64,000 bases of DNA. It comes from the human T2T-CHM13v2.0 reference genome, Homo sapiens. This document shows, one piece after another, positions 14,191 to 26,744 of the stretch. Where the stretch lies: the NCBI RefSeq assembly GCF_009914755.1, contig NC_060938.1; one strand, 5' to 3'. Position numbers and translations under genes: made by a program. The notes beneath the pieces are model-generated. The model did not search any database, was not told the DNA's origin, and saw only the letters and a list, made by a program, of their open reading frames with translations. How positions within the stretch are numbered: position 1 is the stretch's first letter; each line of letters opens with the position of its first letter.

Positions 14191-17100
14191 AATGTTTTTA
14201 ACTTTTATTTTAGATTAAGAGGGAACATGTGCAGGTTTGTTATTTGTCTATATTGCATGGTACTGGCATTTGGATACAAATGATCTCATTACTCAGGAAC
14301 TCAGCATCATACACGCTAGTTACTTTTCAACTCTTACTCCACTCCCTTCCTCTCTACTCTAGCAGCCCCCAGTTTTTATTGTTGCCATCTTTATGTTCAC
14401 AAGTACACAATGCTTAACTCCCACTTACATGTGATAACATGTGGTACTTGGTTTTCTCTTCCTGCTTTATTTTATTTAGGATAATGGATTCCAGCTGCAC
14501 CCATGTTGCTGCAAAGACTATTTTTTTTATGGCTGTGCAGTATTCCATGATATATATATATACACCACATTTTTGTTATCCAATCCACCATTGATGGGCA
14601 CCAAGATTGATTCCATGTCTTTGCTATCGTGAATAGTGCTGCAATGAACATGCAAGTGCCTACATCTTTTTGATAGGATGAAGTATTTTCTTTAGGATAT
14701 ACATCTGGTATTGGGCTTACTGTGTTGAATTGTAGTTCTAAGTTATTTGAGAAAACTCCAAACTGCTTTCTACAGTGGCTGGACTTATTTGCATTCCCAC
14801 CAATAGTGTATAAATGTTCTCTCTCCTCTGCAGCCCCACCAGCATCTGTTGTTTTTTGACATTTTTTATAATACCCTTCTGACTGGTGTGAGATGGTATC
14901 TTTTTTGTTTTTGATTTGCATGTATCTGATGCTGAGTGATGTGGAGCATTGCTTCAGCTGTTTGTAGGCCATCTGTATGTCTTATTTTGAGAAGTGTCTG
15001 TTCATGTATTTTGTCCATTTTATAACAGGGTTACTTGTTTTTTGCTTTTTCAATTATTTAAGTTTCTCATAGCGTCTGGATACCAGACTTCTGTTGAATG
15101 CTTTGTGCATAAATATTTTCTCCCATTTTGTAGATAATTTACACTGTTGGTAGTTTCTTTTGCTGTGGAGAAGTTGTTTAGTTTAATTAGGTTCCACTTG
15201 TGAATTTTTGTTTTTGTTATATTGCTATTCATAACATAGTCATAAATAATTTGCCATGTCCAGAATGATGTTTCCTAGGTCTACTCTAGGATTATTATAG
15301 TTTGAGGTCTTACATTTAAATCCTTAATTCATCTTGAGTTAATTTTTATATATGGCAAAAGGAAGGGGTCCAGTTTCATTCTTCTGCTTCATAGTGACCT
15401 ATCTCAGCAGCCTTTATTAATAAGGAGTTTTTTCTCTATTTTTTGTGGCCACTTTGTCAAAGATCAGATGGCTATAGGTGTGCAGCTTAGTTCATGAACA
15501 ATAGTTCATGAATTTTACATTGTTCTATAGGTCTGTTTTTGTATCCGTATAATGCTGTTTGAGTTACTGTATCCTTATCATATAGTTTTTATTGTTTCCA
15601 TATGAATTTTATAATAATTTCTAGTTCTATGAAAAATGACAGTGGTAGTTTGATACAAATAGCACTGAATCTGGGAATTGCTTTGGGCAGTATGGCAGTT
15701 TTCGCAGTATCGATTCTTCCAATCCATGAGCATAGATTTTTTTTTCATTTTTTGTATTATCTCTGATTTATTTCAGCAGTGTTGTGTAATTATACTTAAC
15801 AGAGATATTTTACCTCCTTGGTTACATATGTGCTTAGATTTTTTTTTTTTTTTTTTTGGCTATTGTAAAAGTAATTGTATTCTTGATTTGACTCTCAGCG
15901 TGAACATTATAAATGTATAGATATATTACTAATTTTTAAAATTGATTTTGTATCCTGAAACTTCATTGAAACATTTTATCTGTTCCAGAAGCCTTTTCGT
16001 GGATTCTTTAGGGCTTTCTAGGTATCAAATAGCATTACCAGCAACAATAAATAGTTTGACTTCTTTTCCTATTAGGATGTCTTTTATTTCTCTCTCTTTC
16101 CTGACTGCTCTGTCTAGAATTTTCAGTACTATATTGAAAAGGACTGGTGAGAGTTAGTATCCTTGTCCTGTTACATTTCTCAAAGGGAATGCATTCAGCT
16201 TTTTCCCATTCAGTATGTTGCTGGCTCTTGGTTTGGCATAGATGGCTCTTATTCTTTTGAGGTCTGTTCTTTTGATACCTAGTTTCTTGAGGGTTTTATA
16301 AAATTAAGCAATCTTGGATTTAATCAAAAGCATTTTCCAGATCTAATGAGATGATTATATGGTTTTTATTTTTTATTTTGTTTATGTGTGAATCACATTT
16401 GTTGATTTGCATATGTTGAACCAATCTTATAATCTAGGAATAAAGCCTACTTGCTCATGGTGAATTAACTTTTTGATGTGCTACTAGATTCATTTTGCTA
16501 GTATTTTGTTGACAATTTTTGCATCTATGTTCATCAGGGATTTTGGTCAGTAGCTTTCTTTTTGTGTCTCTGACAGATTTTGGTATTAGGAGGATTTTGG
16601 TTTCCTTAAATGAACTAGCAAGGACACCCTCTTCCATGACTTTTTGGGATAGTTCCAGCAGGGCTGATACCACCTTTTTGTACATGTGGTAAAATTTGGC
16701 ACTGAATCTATCTGGTCCAGGGCTTTTGTTGTCGTTGTTGTCATTGTTTGATATGTTTTTTAAATTACTGATTCGATTTTGGAACTCATTATTGATCTAT
16801 TTAATGTTTTAATTTCTTCCTGGTTTAGTCTTGGAAGGTTGTGTTTTTCCAGGAATTTAATTTATCCACCATCTCTGGATTTTCCAGTTGCTTTGCATAG
16901 AAGTGTTCACAACAGTCTTTGGGGATTTGAAATACAAATACTATTGTATTTCTGTGCGTTCAATTGTAATGCCAACTTTTTCATTTTAGATGGTGTTTAT
17001 TTGGATCTTCTCTTGTTTTTCTTTGTTAATCCAGCTAGTGACCTAAGAATCTTGCATATTCCTTCAAAAAACCAACTTTTTGTTTTGATTTTTCGTATGG

Positions 17101-18056
17101 ATTTTGGTTCTCAATTTTGTTCAGTTCTGCTCTGATTTAATTAGTTATTTTTTTCTGATAGCTTTGAGATAAGTTTGTTATTGTTTTTCTAGTTCCTCTA
17201 AGTGTAATGTTAGAGCATTAATTTAAGAGCTTTCTAACTTTTCGACATAGGCACTTAGCACAATAAACTTTACTCTTAACACTGCTTTTGCTGAATAACA
17301 GATTTTGGTATGCTTTATTTCTGTTTTCATTAATTTCACATAATTTTGTAAGCATGACTTCATTTTATGTTTACCCAAAAGTCATTAAGGAGTAAGTTGT
17401 TTCATTTCCATGTTATTGTGTGTTTTGGGGAGGTCTTGCTGGCACTGAATTCTAATTTTATTGCAATATGTTCTAAGAGTATGGTTGGTCTGATTTTTAT
17501 TTTTTAAATTGTATTGAGAATTGCTTTATGGTTGAGAATGCGATTGGTCTTACAGTATGTTCTGTGTGCAAATAAGAATATATATTTGTATATTCTGTGG
17601 TTTCTGTGGTTTTGGATGTTTGGTGGAGTATTCAGTATATGTATACTAGGTCAAATTGGTCAAGCATGGGTTGAAGTCCAGAATTTCTTTGCTGGTTTTT
17701 TGCCTTGATGATCTAACACTGTCAGTGTGATGTTGATGGCCCCCACTATTATTGTATGGCTAAGTCCTTTCATAGGTTTAGAAGTACTTTTTTATTAATC
17801 TGGCTGTATGGGTGTATAAAGATTTAGAATAGGTATGCCTTCTTGTCGAATTGAACAGCGTATCATTATGTAATGCCCTTCCTTTCCAGTTTTACTGTTA
17901 TTGGCTTAAAGTCTGCTTCATTTGGTACAAGAATAAGTGACAGTTGTCACTTATTTGTTGTTTTCTGTTTGCATAATAGATCTCTCTTCATTCTTTAACT
18001 TTGAGCCTGTGGGTATTTTTATGTGTAAGATGGATCTCTTAAAGACAGAAGCCAGA

Positions 18057-18058
<2 letters not shown>

Positions 18059-18100
<42 letters not shown>

Positions 18101-18712
18101 TATATGTATATATATATGTATATATACACACACAAACTTTATATATATATTTATATATATTTATATATGTACATATATATTTATATATATTTATATATGT
18201 ACATATATATTTATATATATTTATATATGTACATATATATTTATATATATTTATATATGTACATATATATTTATATATATTTATATATGTACATATATAT
18301 TTATATATTTATATATGTACATATATTTATATTTTTTAATATATTTATATATATTTATGTAATTATATGTATTTTTATATATTTATATATTTATATGTAT
18401 TTATATATTTTTATATATTTATATATACATTTATATATATTTATATATATATTTATATATACATTTATATATTTATATATTTTTATATATTTATATATTT
18501 TATATATTTATATATAAAGCTTTTTTATATATAAAGTTTATATATAAAATTATATATATTTATATATAAACTTCGTATATATATTTATATATATACTTTG
18601 TATATATATTTGTATATATATGAAGTTTATATATGTATTTATATATAAAGTTTATATATATATAAAGTTTATGTTTATATATATATATATATAAACTTTA
18701 TATATTTATACA
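18059..18712. repeat. Complex (TA)n-rich array containing a 30-bp minisatellite
   Basis: About 650 bp of nearly pure A/T; unit ACATATATATTTATATATATTTATATATGT repeated about 5 times at 18141-18320. Confidence 0.95.
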
Positions 18713-18750
18713 CAACTTGCCCCTCTTTGCCCTTTAAGTGGGGGTATTTA

Positions 18751-19036
18751 CCTGGGCGTGGTGGCTCACACCTGTAATCCTAGCACTTTGGGAGGCCGAG
18801 GGGGGCAGATCACGAGGTCAGGAGATCGAGACCATCCTGGCTAACATGGTGAAACCCCGTCTTTATTAAAAATACAAAAAAAACTAGCCGGGCATGGTGG
18901 CAGGCGCCTGTAGTCCCACCTACTCAGGAGGCTGAGGCAGGAGAATGGCATGAACTCAGGAGGCGGGGCTTGCAGCAAGCCAAGATTGTGCCACTGCACT
19001 CCAGCCTGGGTAACAGAGTGAGACTCAAAACAAAAA
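18751..19036 (+). mobile_element. AluY inserted in L1
   Basis: Dimeric Alu with GATCACGAGGTCAGGAGATCGAGACCATCCTGGCTAAC; TSD AAGTGGGGGTATTTA (18736-18750) / AAGTGGGGGCATTTA (19037-19051). Confidence 0.93.
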
Positions 19037-19190
19037 AAGTGGGGGCATTTAGACCGTTTAACTTCCAGATTATATGAGGTTTGGATCCTGTCATCACGTA
19101 GTTAGCTGGTAGTTTGTAGCCTTGATTTTGTAGTTGCTTTATAGGGTCTGTGGGCTGTGTGGTTAGGTAGGTGTGTTTTGTGGCAGCAGG

Positions 19191-20259
19191 TATTGGGGGA
19201 CCTGCCCCGATAATCACGTAGGTTCTTTTCTATTTTCCTAAGCGTCGGCTGGCTTGAGAAATAAAGGGACAGAGTACAAAAGAAAGAAATTTTAAAGCTG
19301 GGCGTCCGGGGGAGACATCACACATTGGTAGGATCCGTGATGCTCCACAAGCCACAAAAACCAGCAAGTTTTATTAGGGAGTTTCAAAAGGGGAGGGAGT
19401 ATACGAATAGGTGTGGGTGACAGACATCAAGTACTTAACAGGGTAATAGAATATCACAAGGCAAGTGGAGACAGGGCGAGATCACAGGACCACAGGACCG
19501 AAGTGAAATTAAAATTGCTAATGAAGTTTTGGCACCATTGTCATTGATAACATCTTATCAGGAGACAGGGTTTTGAGATCAACCGGTCTGACCAAAGTTT
19601 ATTAGGCGGGAATTTCCTCTTCCTAATAAGCCTGGGAGCGCTATAGGAGACTGGAGTTTATTTCACCTCTGCAATCTCGACCATAAGAGACAGGTACGCC
19701 CCGGGGGGGGCCAGTTCAGAGACCTACCCCTAGGTGCGCATTCTCTTTCTCAGGGACGTTCCATGCTGAGAAAAGGAATTCAGCAATATTTCTCCCATTT
19801 GCTTTTGAAAGAAGAAAAATATGGCTCTGTTCTGCCCGGCTCACCTGCGGTCAGAGTTTAAGGTTCTCTCTCTTATTCCCTGAACAATTGCTGTTATCCT
19901 GTCCTTTTTTCAGGGTGCCCACATTTCATATTGCTCAAACACACATGCTGTACAATTTGTGTACTTAACGCAATTATTACAGGGTCCTGAGATGATATAC
20001 ATCCTCCTCAACTGACAGGATTAAGAGATTAAAGTAAAGACAGGCATAGGAAATCACAAGGGTATTGATTGGGGAAGTGATAAGTGTCCATGAAATCTTT
20101 ACAATTTATGTTTAGAGATTGCAGTAAAGACAGGCATGAGAAATTACAAAAGTATTAATTTGGGGAACTAATAAATGTCCATAAAATCTTCATAATCCAC
20201 ATTCTTCTGTCATGGCTTCAGCCGGTCCCTCCCTTTGGGGTCCCTGACTTCCCGCAACA
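19191..20259 (-). mobile_element. MER11 solo LTR (HERV-K11/HML-8), probably MER11C
   Basis: Reverse complement starts TGTTGCGGGAAGTCAGGGACCCC; 1069 bp; perfect 6-bp TSD AGCAGG (19185-19190 / 20260-20265). Confidence 0.9.
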
Positions 20260-23200
20260 AGCAGGTATTGTTTTTGTGTTTCCATTTTTAAAACTGCCTT
20301 GAAGACTGCTTGTAAGGCTTGTCAAGTGGTAACAAATTCCATTAGCATTTACTTGTCTGGGAAGTATTTTATTTTTTCTTTGCTTATGAAGCTTAGTTTG
20401 GCAGGATACGAAATTCTTGGTTTGAATTTCTTTCTTTTAGGATTTTGAAAATAGGTGCCCAGTGTTTTTTGGTTTGTAAGATTTCTGCTGATAAGTCCTG
20501 TGTTAGCCTGATGAAGCTCCTTTTGTAAGTGACCTGACCCTTTTATCTAGTTGATCATAAGATTATTTCTTTCATGTTTACCTTGGAGAATCTTTTGCCT
20601 GTATCTCTTAGGGATGGTTATCTTGTATAGTATCTTTCAGGAGTTGTTTGAATTTGTATGTCGACCTTTCTAGTGAGACTGGAGAAATTTTTATGGACTA
20701 TATTCCTTAGTTTCTCACCCTCTCTCCTTTCCCAGGAATTCCAATGTGTCATATGTTTGGTCTATTTACCTAACCCCATATTTCCTGGAGGTTATGCTCG
20801 TTCTTTTAAATTCTTCTCTCTTTATTTTTGTCTGACTGTGTTGATTTGAAGGACTGGTCTTTGAGTTCTGACATTCTTTCTTGAGCTTGGTATATTCTGC
20901 TCTTACTCCTTCCCCCTGTATCATGAAATTCCTGTTTTGAGTTTTTTTCAATTCCAGCAATTAAGTTTGGTTCTTTGTAAAAATAGCCTTTCAAATTTTT
21001 GATTACTTTATTGGCTTCCTTGGATTGGGTTTCAGCTTTTTCCTGAATCTCATTGAGTGTCTTTGCCATCCAGGTATTGAATTCTATGTCTGTCATTTCA
21101 GTCATTTCATTCCAGTTAGGAACCATTGCTGGGAAGCTAATGCATTCACTTAGATATGAGGAGATGCTCTGACTTTTATAATTTTCAGAGTTCTTGTACT
21201 AATTATTCCATATCTGAGAGGGCTAGTGTTTCTTTATCTTTTTGAAGTTGCTGCCATTTAAGTGAAGCTTTTTGTTTTTATAGTCTTTATTTCTTTTGAG
21301 GATTTGACTGTGATGTGCGTTGAGTGTAGTCAATTAACTTCATTTCGGTGTGCTTTCAGAGGACCAAGGCTCTGTGCAGAATCTTTGTGTGGAGCTATCT
21401 TCCTGCACTGGGTTTCACCCAGCCATATGTGCTGAAATAATTTTTGTTTGCTGGTTTAATTCAGGCTGAAATCCAGTAGATGGTGGTTAAAAGTAAAGGC
21501 CTGCAGATAGGTTCAGCTACATGCCTCTTTTGTATTTCAGCACTTTCACAGCAGTGTTCTGGGGTGGGGAAGACAGGAGGTGGGCAAGAGATGACCCACT
21601 TACTACGTCCATTCCTTGGCCTTTAAGGAACCCTCTCCAGTCACTGGGGCCATGCCCACATTTCCTTAGTATTTATGGGGTCCCTAGTGGGCTGCCCTCC
21701 TTTCTCCCTTAAGGGTAGCTGGAACCCAAGTTTAGATTGCCAGATGACCTGTAATTTTCTAGGGCCCTGCTGATCTTCTGTGTTTGGCAGAGTTGGAGGG
21801 GTTTGTGAGATAAGTCTGGAGGTACTCTGTTGAAGTAGTGGGCCAAAGGCAAAGGGTTCCCAGGCAGGAGACTGTTGCTGTGGGTGGTGTGCAGCTTTGT
21901 GGTGCCCATAGCCCAGAGATTTTTGCCCAGTAGAGGGCTGCGGGTACCATCTACCTCATAGTGCCCCAATTGGGTCTCCTTCCCATGTCTGTCCCAGTAG
22001 CTGGCCTGACCAGCTAGTTTTGTCTCAAGCCTTCTGCACCTAGATCACATCACTGGGCTGTTTGGAGTTCCAGGCCACAAGGCTCCCTTAGGCAAATGCT
22101 GTGGATGGCAAACAGGCTACATCCTTCCTGGACCAGTCTTACTGAGGGAAGAATACCCAGCTCCTGAGCTGGCCCACGAACCCATGCCTCACCCTTCCCA
22201 GTGCTCAGAGAGTGGGGGCTCCCCACTACTTGAGCTCCAGGCACAGATCTCAGCTCCATATTCCAGAGCTGAGGGATTGGTACCAGTCCTTACACCCTGG
22301 GGGATGGGGACCGGTCCCACGATTTTGTCCTCTGGCTCCTCAGGGTCAAACACCAGCTGTGCCGGGGAGCTGAAGTGCTCCCAGGCCACTGGCAAAACAG
22401 AAAGTTTTGGGAAACTTTGTTGGAAAAGTAGTTTTCCTAGTTGGGAAAGTAGAGGATGTGCTGTGCGTATGCCCTTGGGGGAGCAGCCAGACAGGGGCAT
22501 TTGGAGGGACCGGTTGACAAAGGGCACATAGGTTGGATGCACCCTGGTTCCACAGGAAAAACAGCCCTGCTGTCAAGAGGACTGGCAGTCAAGAGGGACT
22601 GGAACCACTCAAAGCCTTCGGGAATGGGTGCCTATGGAAACGTTTTGCTGCAGTTGCCCCTCACACATAACCACACAGGCTCCAGCTTTGTCTCTGCCTA
22701 CTTTCTGAGGGGTTCCCCCTGCCAATTCAAATGTCTATGAGGGTTGTGGAATCTCCTGGAGTAGATTCCCAGAGGTCCACAGCAGGAGTCTGCTGCCCTG
22801 CAGGTTCTTCACTTATCCCTTTTTTAGGAATTCTTCAGGCTGGAAGCTGGTCCTGGTACTTGGCAACTCTGCATGCTTCCTAGCTTCCTGAAACATCCAC
22901 CTCTTGTCTGCATTACCTCTCCATTGACTTTCAGTGTTTTTTCTCAAAAGACCTCTTGAAAGTGTGATGGTTCACTTGGTGTTTTGGTTTCTCAGGTTTA
23001 GAGAAGTGCTTTCTGGCTGTCTAATTGCCCATCTTTTGCCCCCACTTCTGAACCTTGTTTTCATCGCCTATTCAAAAATAAGCCAGGGTGAAGCAGCGTT
23101 TCATTACAATTGCTGCTCCTGGTTTGCTGACCCAGGGCACTAGGATCTTGAAATGAGGATATAGATATTGCTATTAGGTGTAATTAAAATTTTACCACCT

Positions 23201-24285
23201 TGAGTTCTAGTTCATTGTGAAAAATAAAATAAAAAATGAAAACTTCAATGTCTACCCTGGGTTTCAGTCTTTCGAACTGCCATTTTTTCCTCTGACTCAC
23301 AATGGGATAGATTTTTTCAGCTGGCATCATCTTTTGCTTAGTGCATGACTGTTATGACTCTTCCTGATCGATGAGCCCTCTTAGAAGTCTCACAGTACTC
23401 TCAGAGAATTCAAATGCTACTGCTGCTGTAAGAGTACTGCTTCTCTATGTGAAGTATTCCCAGGTTTTGTGAGGAGATGTGGGTTGAGAGTTCCCAGAAG
23501 AAGATATGATTATGTTGCATTAAACATCAGGTGGCTTTACAACATTTCCACTGTGCTCATTTTTGGCATCTATTTAGATAATCTTAGCTCTTTACCACTG
23601 AACCTGAAATAAGCAGCACCTGTTCTGGGTGCTTAAGAACAGTTCAGTGGAAGGGATCGGTCCTTCACATGAGCCCTGTTTCTTTTCTACACCCAGGAGC
23701 AGATGAGTCTTTCTTGGAGTTAACCTCTTCTACCTAAATCATCGGGACATCATCAGGACAGTTCATATCCTACTATACTATTCTACAGTGTTTCCTCAGC
23801 TTAAGTCTCAACATTATTTGCTGTTAGGATGAGAAATCAAATACCTTTGCTGTGTCTGATGTCAAGCCACTTCAAGGTTACTGCATACCATGTTGAGAAT
23901 AACATCTGCATTTACAACTATTCAACCACTGCTTCCCACTGAAGGGTGTCTCCAGCTATTCAATATATGTTGTTTATTCCATGAAAGTGATTATTATAAT
24001 TTTGTAGGATAAAAGTAAAGGATAAGATGACACAAGAGTTGTGTTACAGTTCTTAGGTTTTATGATTAACACTCATGCCTTCACAAAAGATGTAGCTATG
24101 GAAAATCAGCTCATAAGCTCTCGTTTTACATTTATATTAACTCTTATATTTTACATAAATTTTCCAAGTAGTTAGTGTCAGATAGAATATTACCTTTTTT
24201 TGGTCAATTTATTTTGCAGAGATACTGGGATACAAGAGACTGAAATTTTTGCCATACTTCTTTCAAATAGAAAGTTAGTTGCAAA

Positions 24286-24400
24286 ACATGTATACCTATG
24301 TAACAAACCTGCACGTTCAGCACATGTATCCCAGAACTTAAAGTAAAATAAATAAATAGATAGATAGATAGATAAATAGATAGCTAAATAAATAAAAAAG
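24286..24400 (+). mobile_element. Very short L1PA 3' end with (TAAA)/(TAGA)n tail
   Basis: CATGTATACCTATGTAACAAACCTGCACGTT...CCAGAACTTAAAGTAAAAT followed by tetranucleotide repeats. Confidence 0.85.
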
Positions 24401-24589
24401 AATTGTCTCAGAAACAGAACTTCTCTTAACTGAATATTGTCACATTCATTGTTTTCACACATTACTGCATGGTATAGCAACATTTTATATAAAAACATTG
24501 TGCATATTAGTAAAAACACCTCTTTTTATACCCTCTGTAATAGTCAGTGCATAAAGAAACAAATTATTCACCCTCAAAAAGGTAAACAA

Positions 24590-24765
24590 ATAAAAGATAA
24601 ATACCAAATGGTCATTTCCATAGATGCAGAAAAAAGATTTGATAACTTCAATATCCATTCAGGATTTTAAAAAATAAAAACTCTCAGCAAAATAGGTACA
24701 GAAGGAAATTTCCTCAACAAAGGCCATTTATTAAAAGCTCACAGCTAATATTATTAAAAAAAAAG
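24590..24765 (+). mobile_element. L1 ORF2 fragment
   Basis: Translates as MVISIDAEKRFD, matching the L1 RT motif IISIDAEKAFD. Confidence 0.7.
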
Positions 24766-24844
24766 AAAGTTACATAACAAACGGCAATATTGTCACATGG
24801 GAAATATAGTGACACAATGGCATTTTTAAAACACATTAATCTAT

Positions 24845-25026
24845 TTATTTATTTATTTATTTATCTTGAGTCTGGGTTATGAGACTTGGTAATTTTTCTA
24901 TTTTTGCTAGAGACAGGGTTTCACTGTGTTATCAAGGCTGATCTCGAACTCCTGGGCTCAAACCATGCACCCTTTTCGGCCTCCCAAAGTGTTGGGAGTA
25001 CAGGTGTGAGCCACCATGCCCAGCCC
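24845..25026 (-). mobile_element. Partial old Alu (left monomer, AluJ/FLAM-like) with (TTTA)n tail
   Basis: CTCGAACTCCTGGGCTCAA...GTGAGCCACCATGCCCAGCC; most of the right arm is absent. Confidence 0.8.
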
Positions 25027-25794
25027 TTTTTTCTTTTTTTTTTTCCAGTTATTAAATATTTACCTCTCACATAGGCCTAAAAGAGCAGAATAACTCCTTG
25101 GACATTTCCTCCATGGACTTCACTGTTCAGTACTTCAAAAGCCTGCAACTGATGCTCAGTATGACTTGTATTATTCATTCATTATTTTGTTCCTCTTAAC
25201 CATTTGTTCAACCAGTAATTATTTAAGCACTGAAAGGAAGACAGGATACCTCTCCTCATGGAGGGAATCAGAAAGTAATTCAGTGTATTCAGTGCTCTGT
25301 TAGGAGAAAGCACTGAGGGCTAAGAGACTACTTAGAAGGACATTTAATCCTCATTTAAGAGGTGTGGGCAACCAGGGAAGGTTTCTTTGACTTAATAGTT
25401 AGGCATACTCCTAAAGTCTAAATAAGAGTTGAAGAAATAATCAAAGGAAATAGAAAGATATTTCAGTAAAACGAAGTGGGATGACCAAGACCCAGAAGAG
25501 AAATTAAGAGATCGGGGGAAGCAAAGTCTATGTTCAGAAGACTTGGAACAAAGAATACAAAATAAGTAAGGTGATGTGATAGTTGTGAGCAGGGGGCTTG
25601 GGGGAACAAGAGAGTAATGGGAGCAATAATCAGAGACCTCTCTTTCCCTCTGTCTCCTACTCAGCTTTCCAGGTCAGAAATCCAAGGTCAATTTCCCACA
25701 ATGTTTTTCCTCCAGTCTTGTTCTGTGGTTTGTTTCTTTTGAGTAGTTCTGTTAAAGAATTTTATACTTTTATTTTAAAACTTTTTAATTTTTA

Positions 25795-26065
25795 AAAATA
25801 AATTTTATTGTATCTATTTAAAGTATACAACATGATGTTCTAAGATACATATATATATATATATGGTAAAAGTGTTATTATAGTGAAACAAATTAACATA
25901 TCCATCATCTTACGTAGTTACTCATCCCCCTCCCCCAACATGACAAGAGTAGGTATAATTTAGTCATTTAGCAAAATTCTTGAATACAGTACATTACTTT
26001 TAACTCTAGCCCACATGTGCACAAGATCTTTTGACTGATTAATCTTACATATTTCTACTTTGCAT
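25795..26065 (-). mobile_element. L1MA 3' end fragment
   Basis: TTTTATTGTATCTATTTAAAGTATACAACATGATGTT...ATTAACATATCCATCA resembles the L1MA 3'UTR. Confidence 0.7.
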
Positions 26066-26531
26066 TCTTCTTATGTTATACTCAAAAATATTATAACCTG
26101 ACAGTCTGGGGAATCTTCAGGGAAATAAAATGGCTGAACTTACTGCCATGAAAGGAACAAGTGAGGCTGTAAGTTGTCTCCTATCATGGGAATGACAAGG
26201 TGAGGCATGCAGCTTGGCAGGTTGTAGAGAAGACCATCACAATTTTTTTTTGTAGGTCAGTGTACTGCACAACTACGTTCTCTTAATTTTCACCCTCTCT
26301 TTTCTACTGTTAAGCTTGTAGGAGAGTGGTAAAGCAAGAGAAAAAGCTGGGAACTAACTTAGAGTCCTAAGTCCTAATAAGTTCTATTAAAATGAAGCTG
26401 ATGATCATTTAAAATGTATAACAGAAAAAAAACTAAAAGAAATTTTGGCAAAACTGTTCAGATATCCTAAATTTGATAAACGTATTTCATAAGTAGGAAT
26501 ATGGTAGATACCACAGGTGGGCATATGCTGG

Positions 26532-26744
26532 GCTTATTAACCTTGGCGCTATTAACATTTGGACCAGACAATGTTGTGACAGACATCTGGTGTGCTGTAG
26601 AATGTCTAGAAACATCTCTGACCTCTACTTACTAAGTGCCAGTGTCACTTCAGCCCCTCCCCCAAGTCATAACAAGAAAAATGTCCCCAGACATTCTCAG
26701 AAGTCTCCTGGGGGGCAAAATCGCCCCCTATTTGAGAATCACTG
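26532..26744 (+). mobile_element. MER20 (hAT-Charlie DNA transposon)
   Basis: AACCTTGGCGCTATTAACATTTGG...AAAAATGTCCCCAGACATT...CCTGGGGGGCAAAATCGCCCCC...TTGAGAATCACTG. Confidence 0.85.

Larger units (their letters stand above)
14197..23043 (-). mobile_element. Near full-length L1PA15-17-type LINE-1, inactivated, with nested insertions
   Basis: 3'UTR at 14197-14470; ORF2 C-terminal peptide 14472-14972 (CMFIAALFTIAKTWNQ..CPSMVDWI); ORF1-like peptide 20806-21126; GC-rich 5'UTR about 21350-23043 ending in the antisense of GGGGCAAAAGATGG. Confidence 0.88.

Noticed and set aside
18141-18320. 30-bp repeats as a CRISPR-like array
   Set aside because: Head-to-tail low-complexity units with no unique spacers, in a eukaryotic context
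17937-18517. ORFs of 141 and 137 aa rich in I/Y
   Set aside because: Artefacts of the (TA)n array
14472-21126. L1 ORF2/ORF1-like ORFs as real CDS
   Set aside because: Short fragments of a frameshifted, stop-ridden and interrupted L1
21521-22740. Cluster of overlapping ORFs in a GC-rich zone, possible gene or CpG island
   Set aside because: Lies in the L1 5'UTR; CpG-depleted; no recognisable protein
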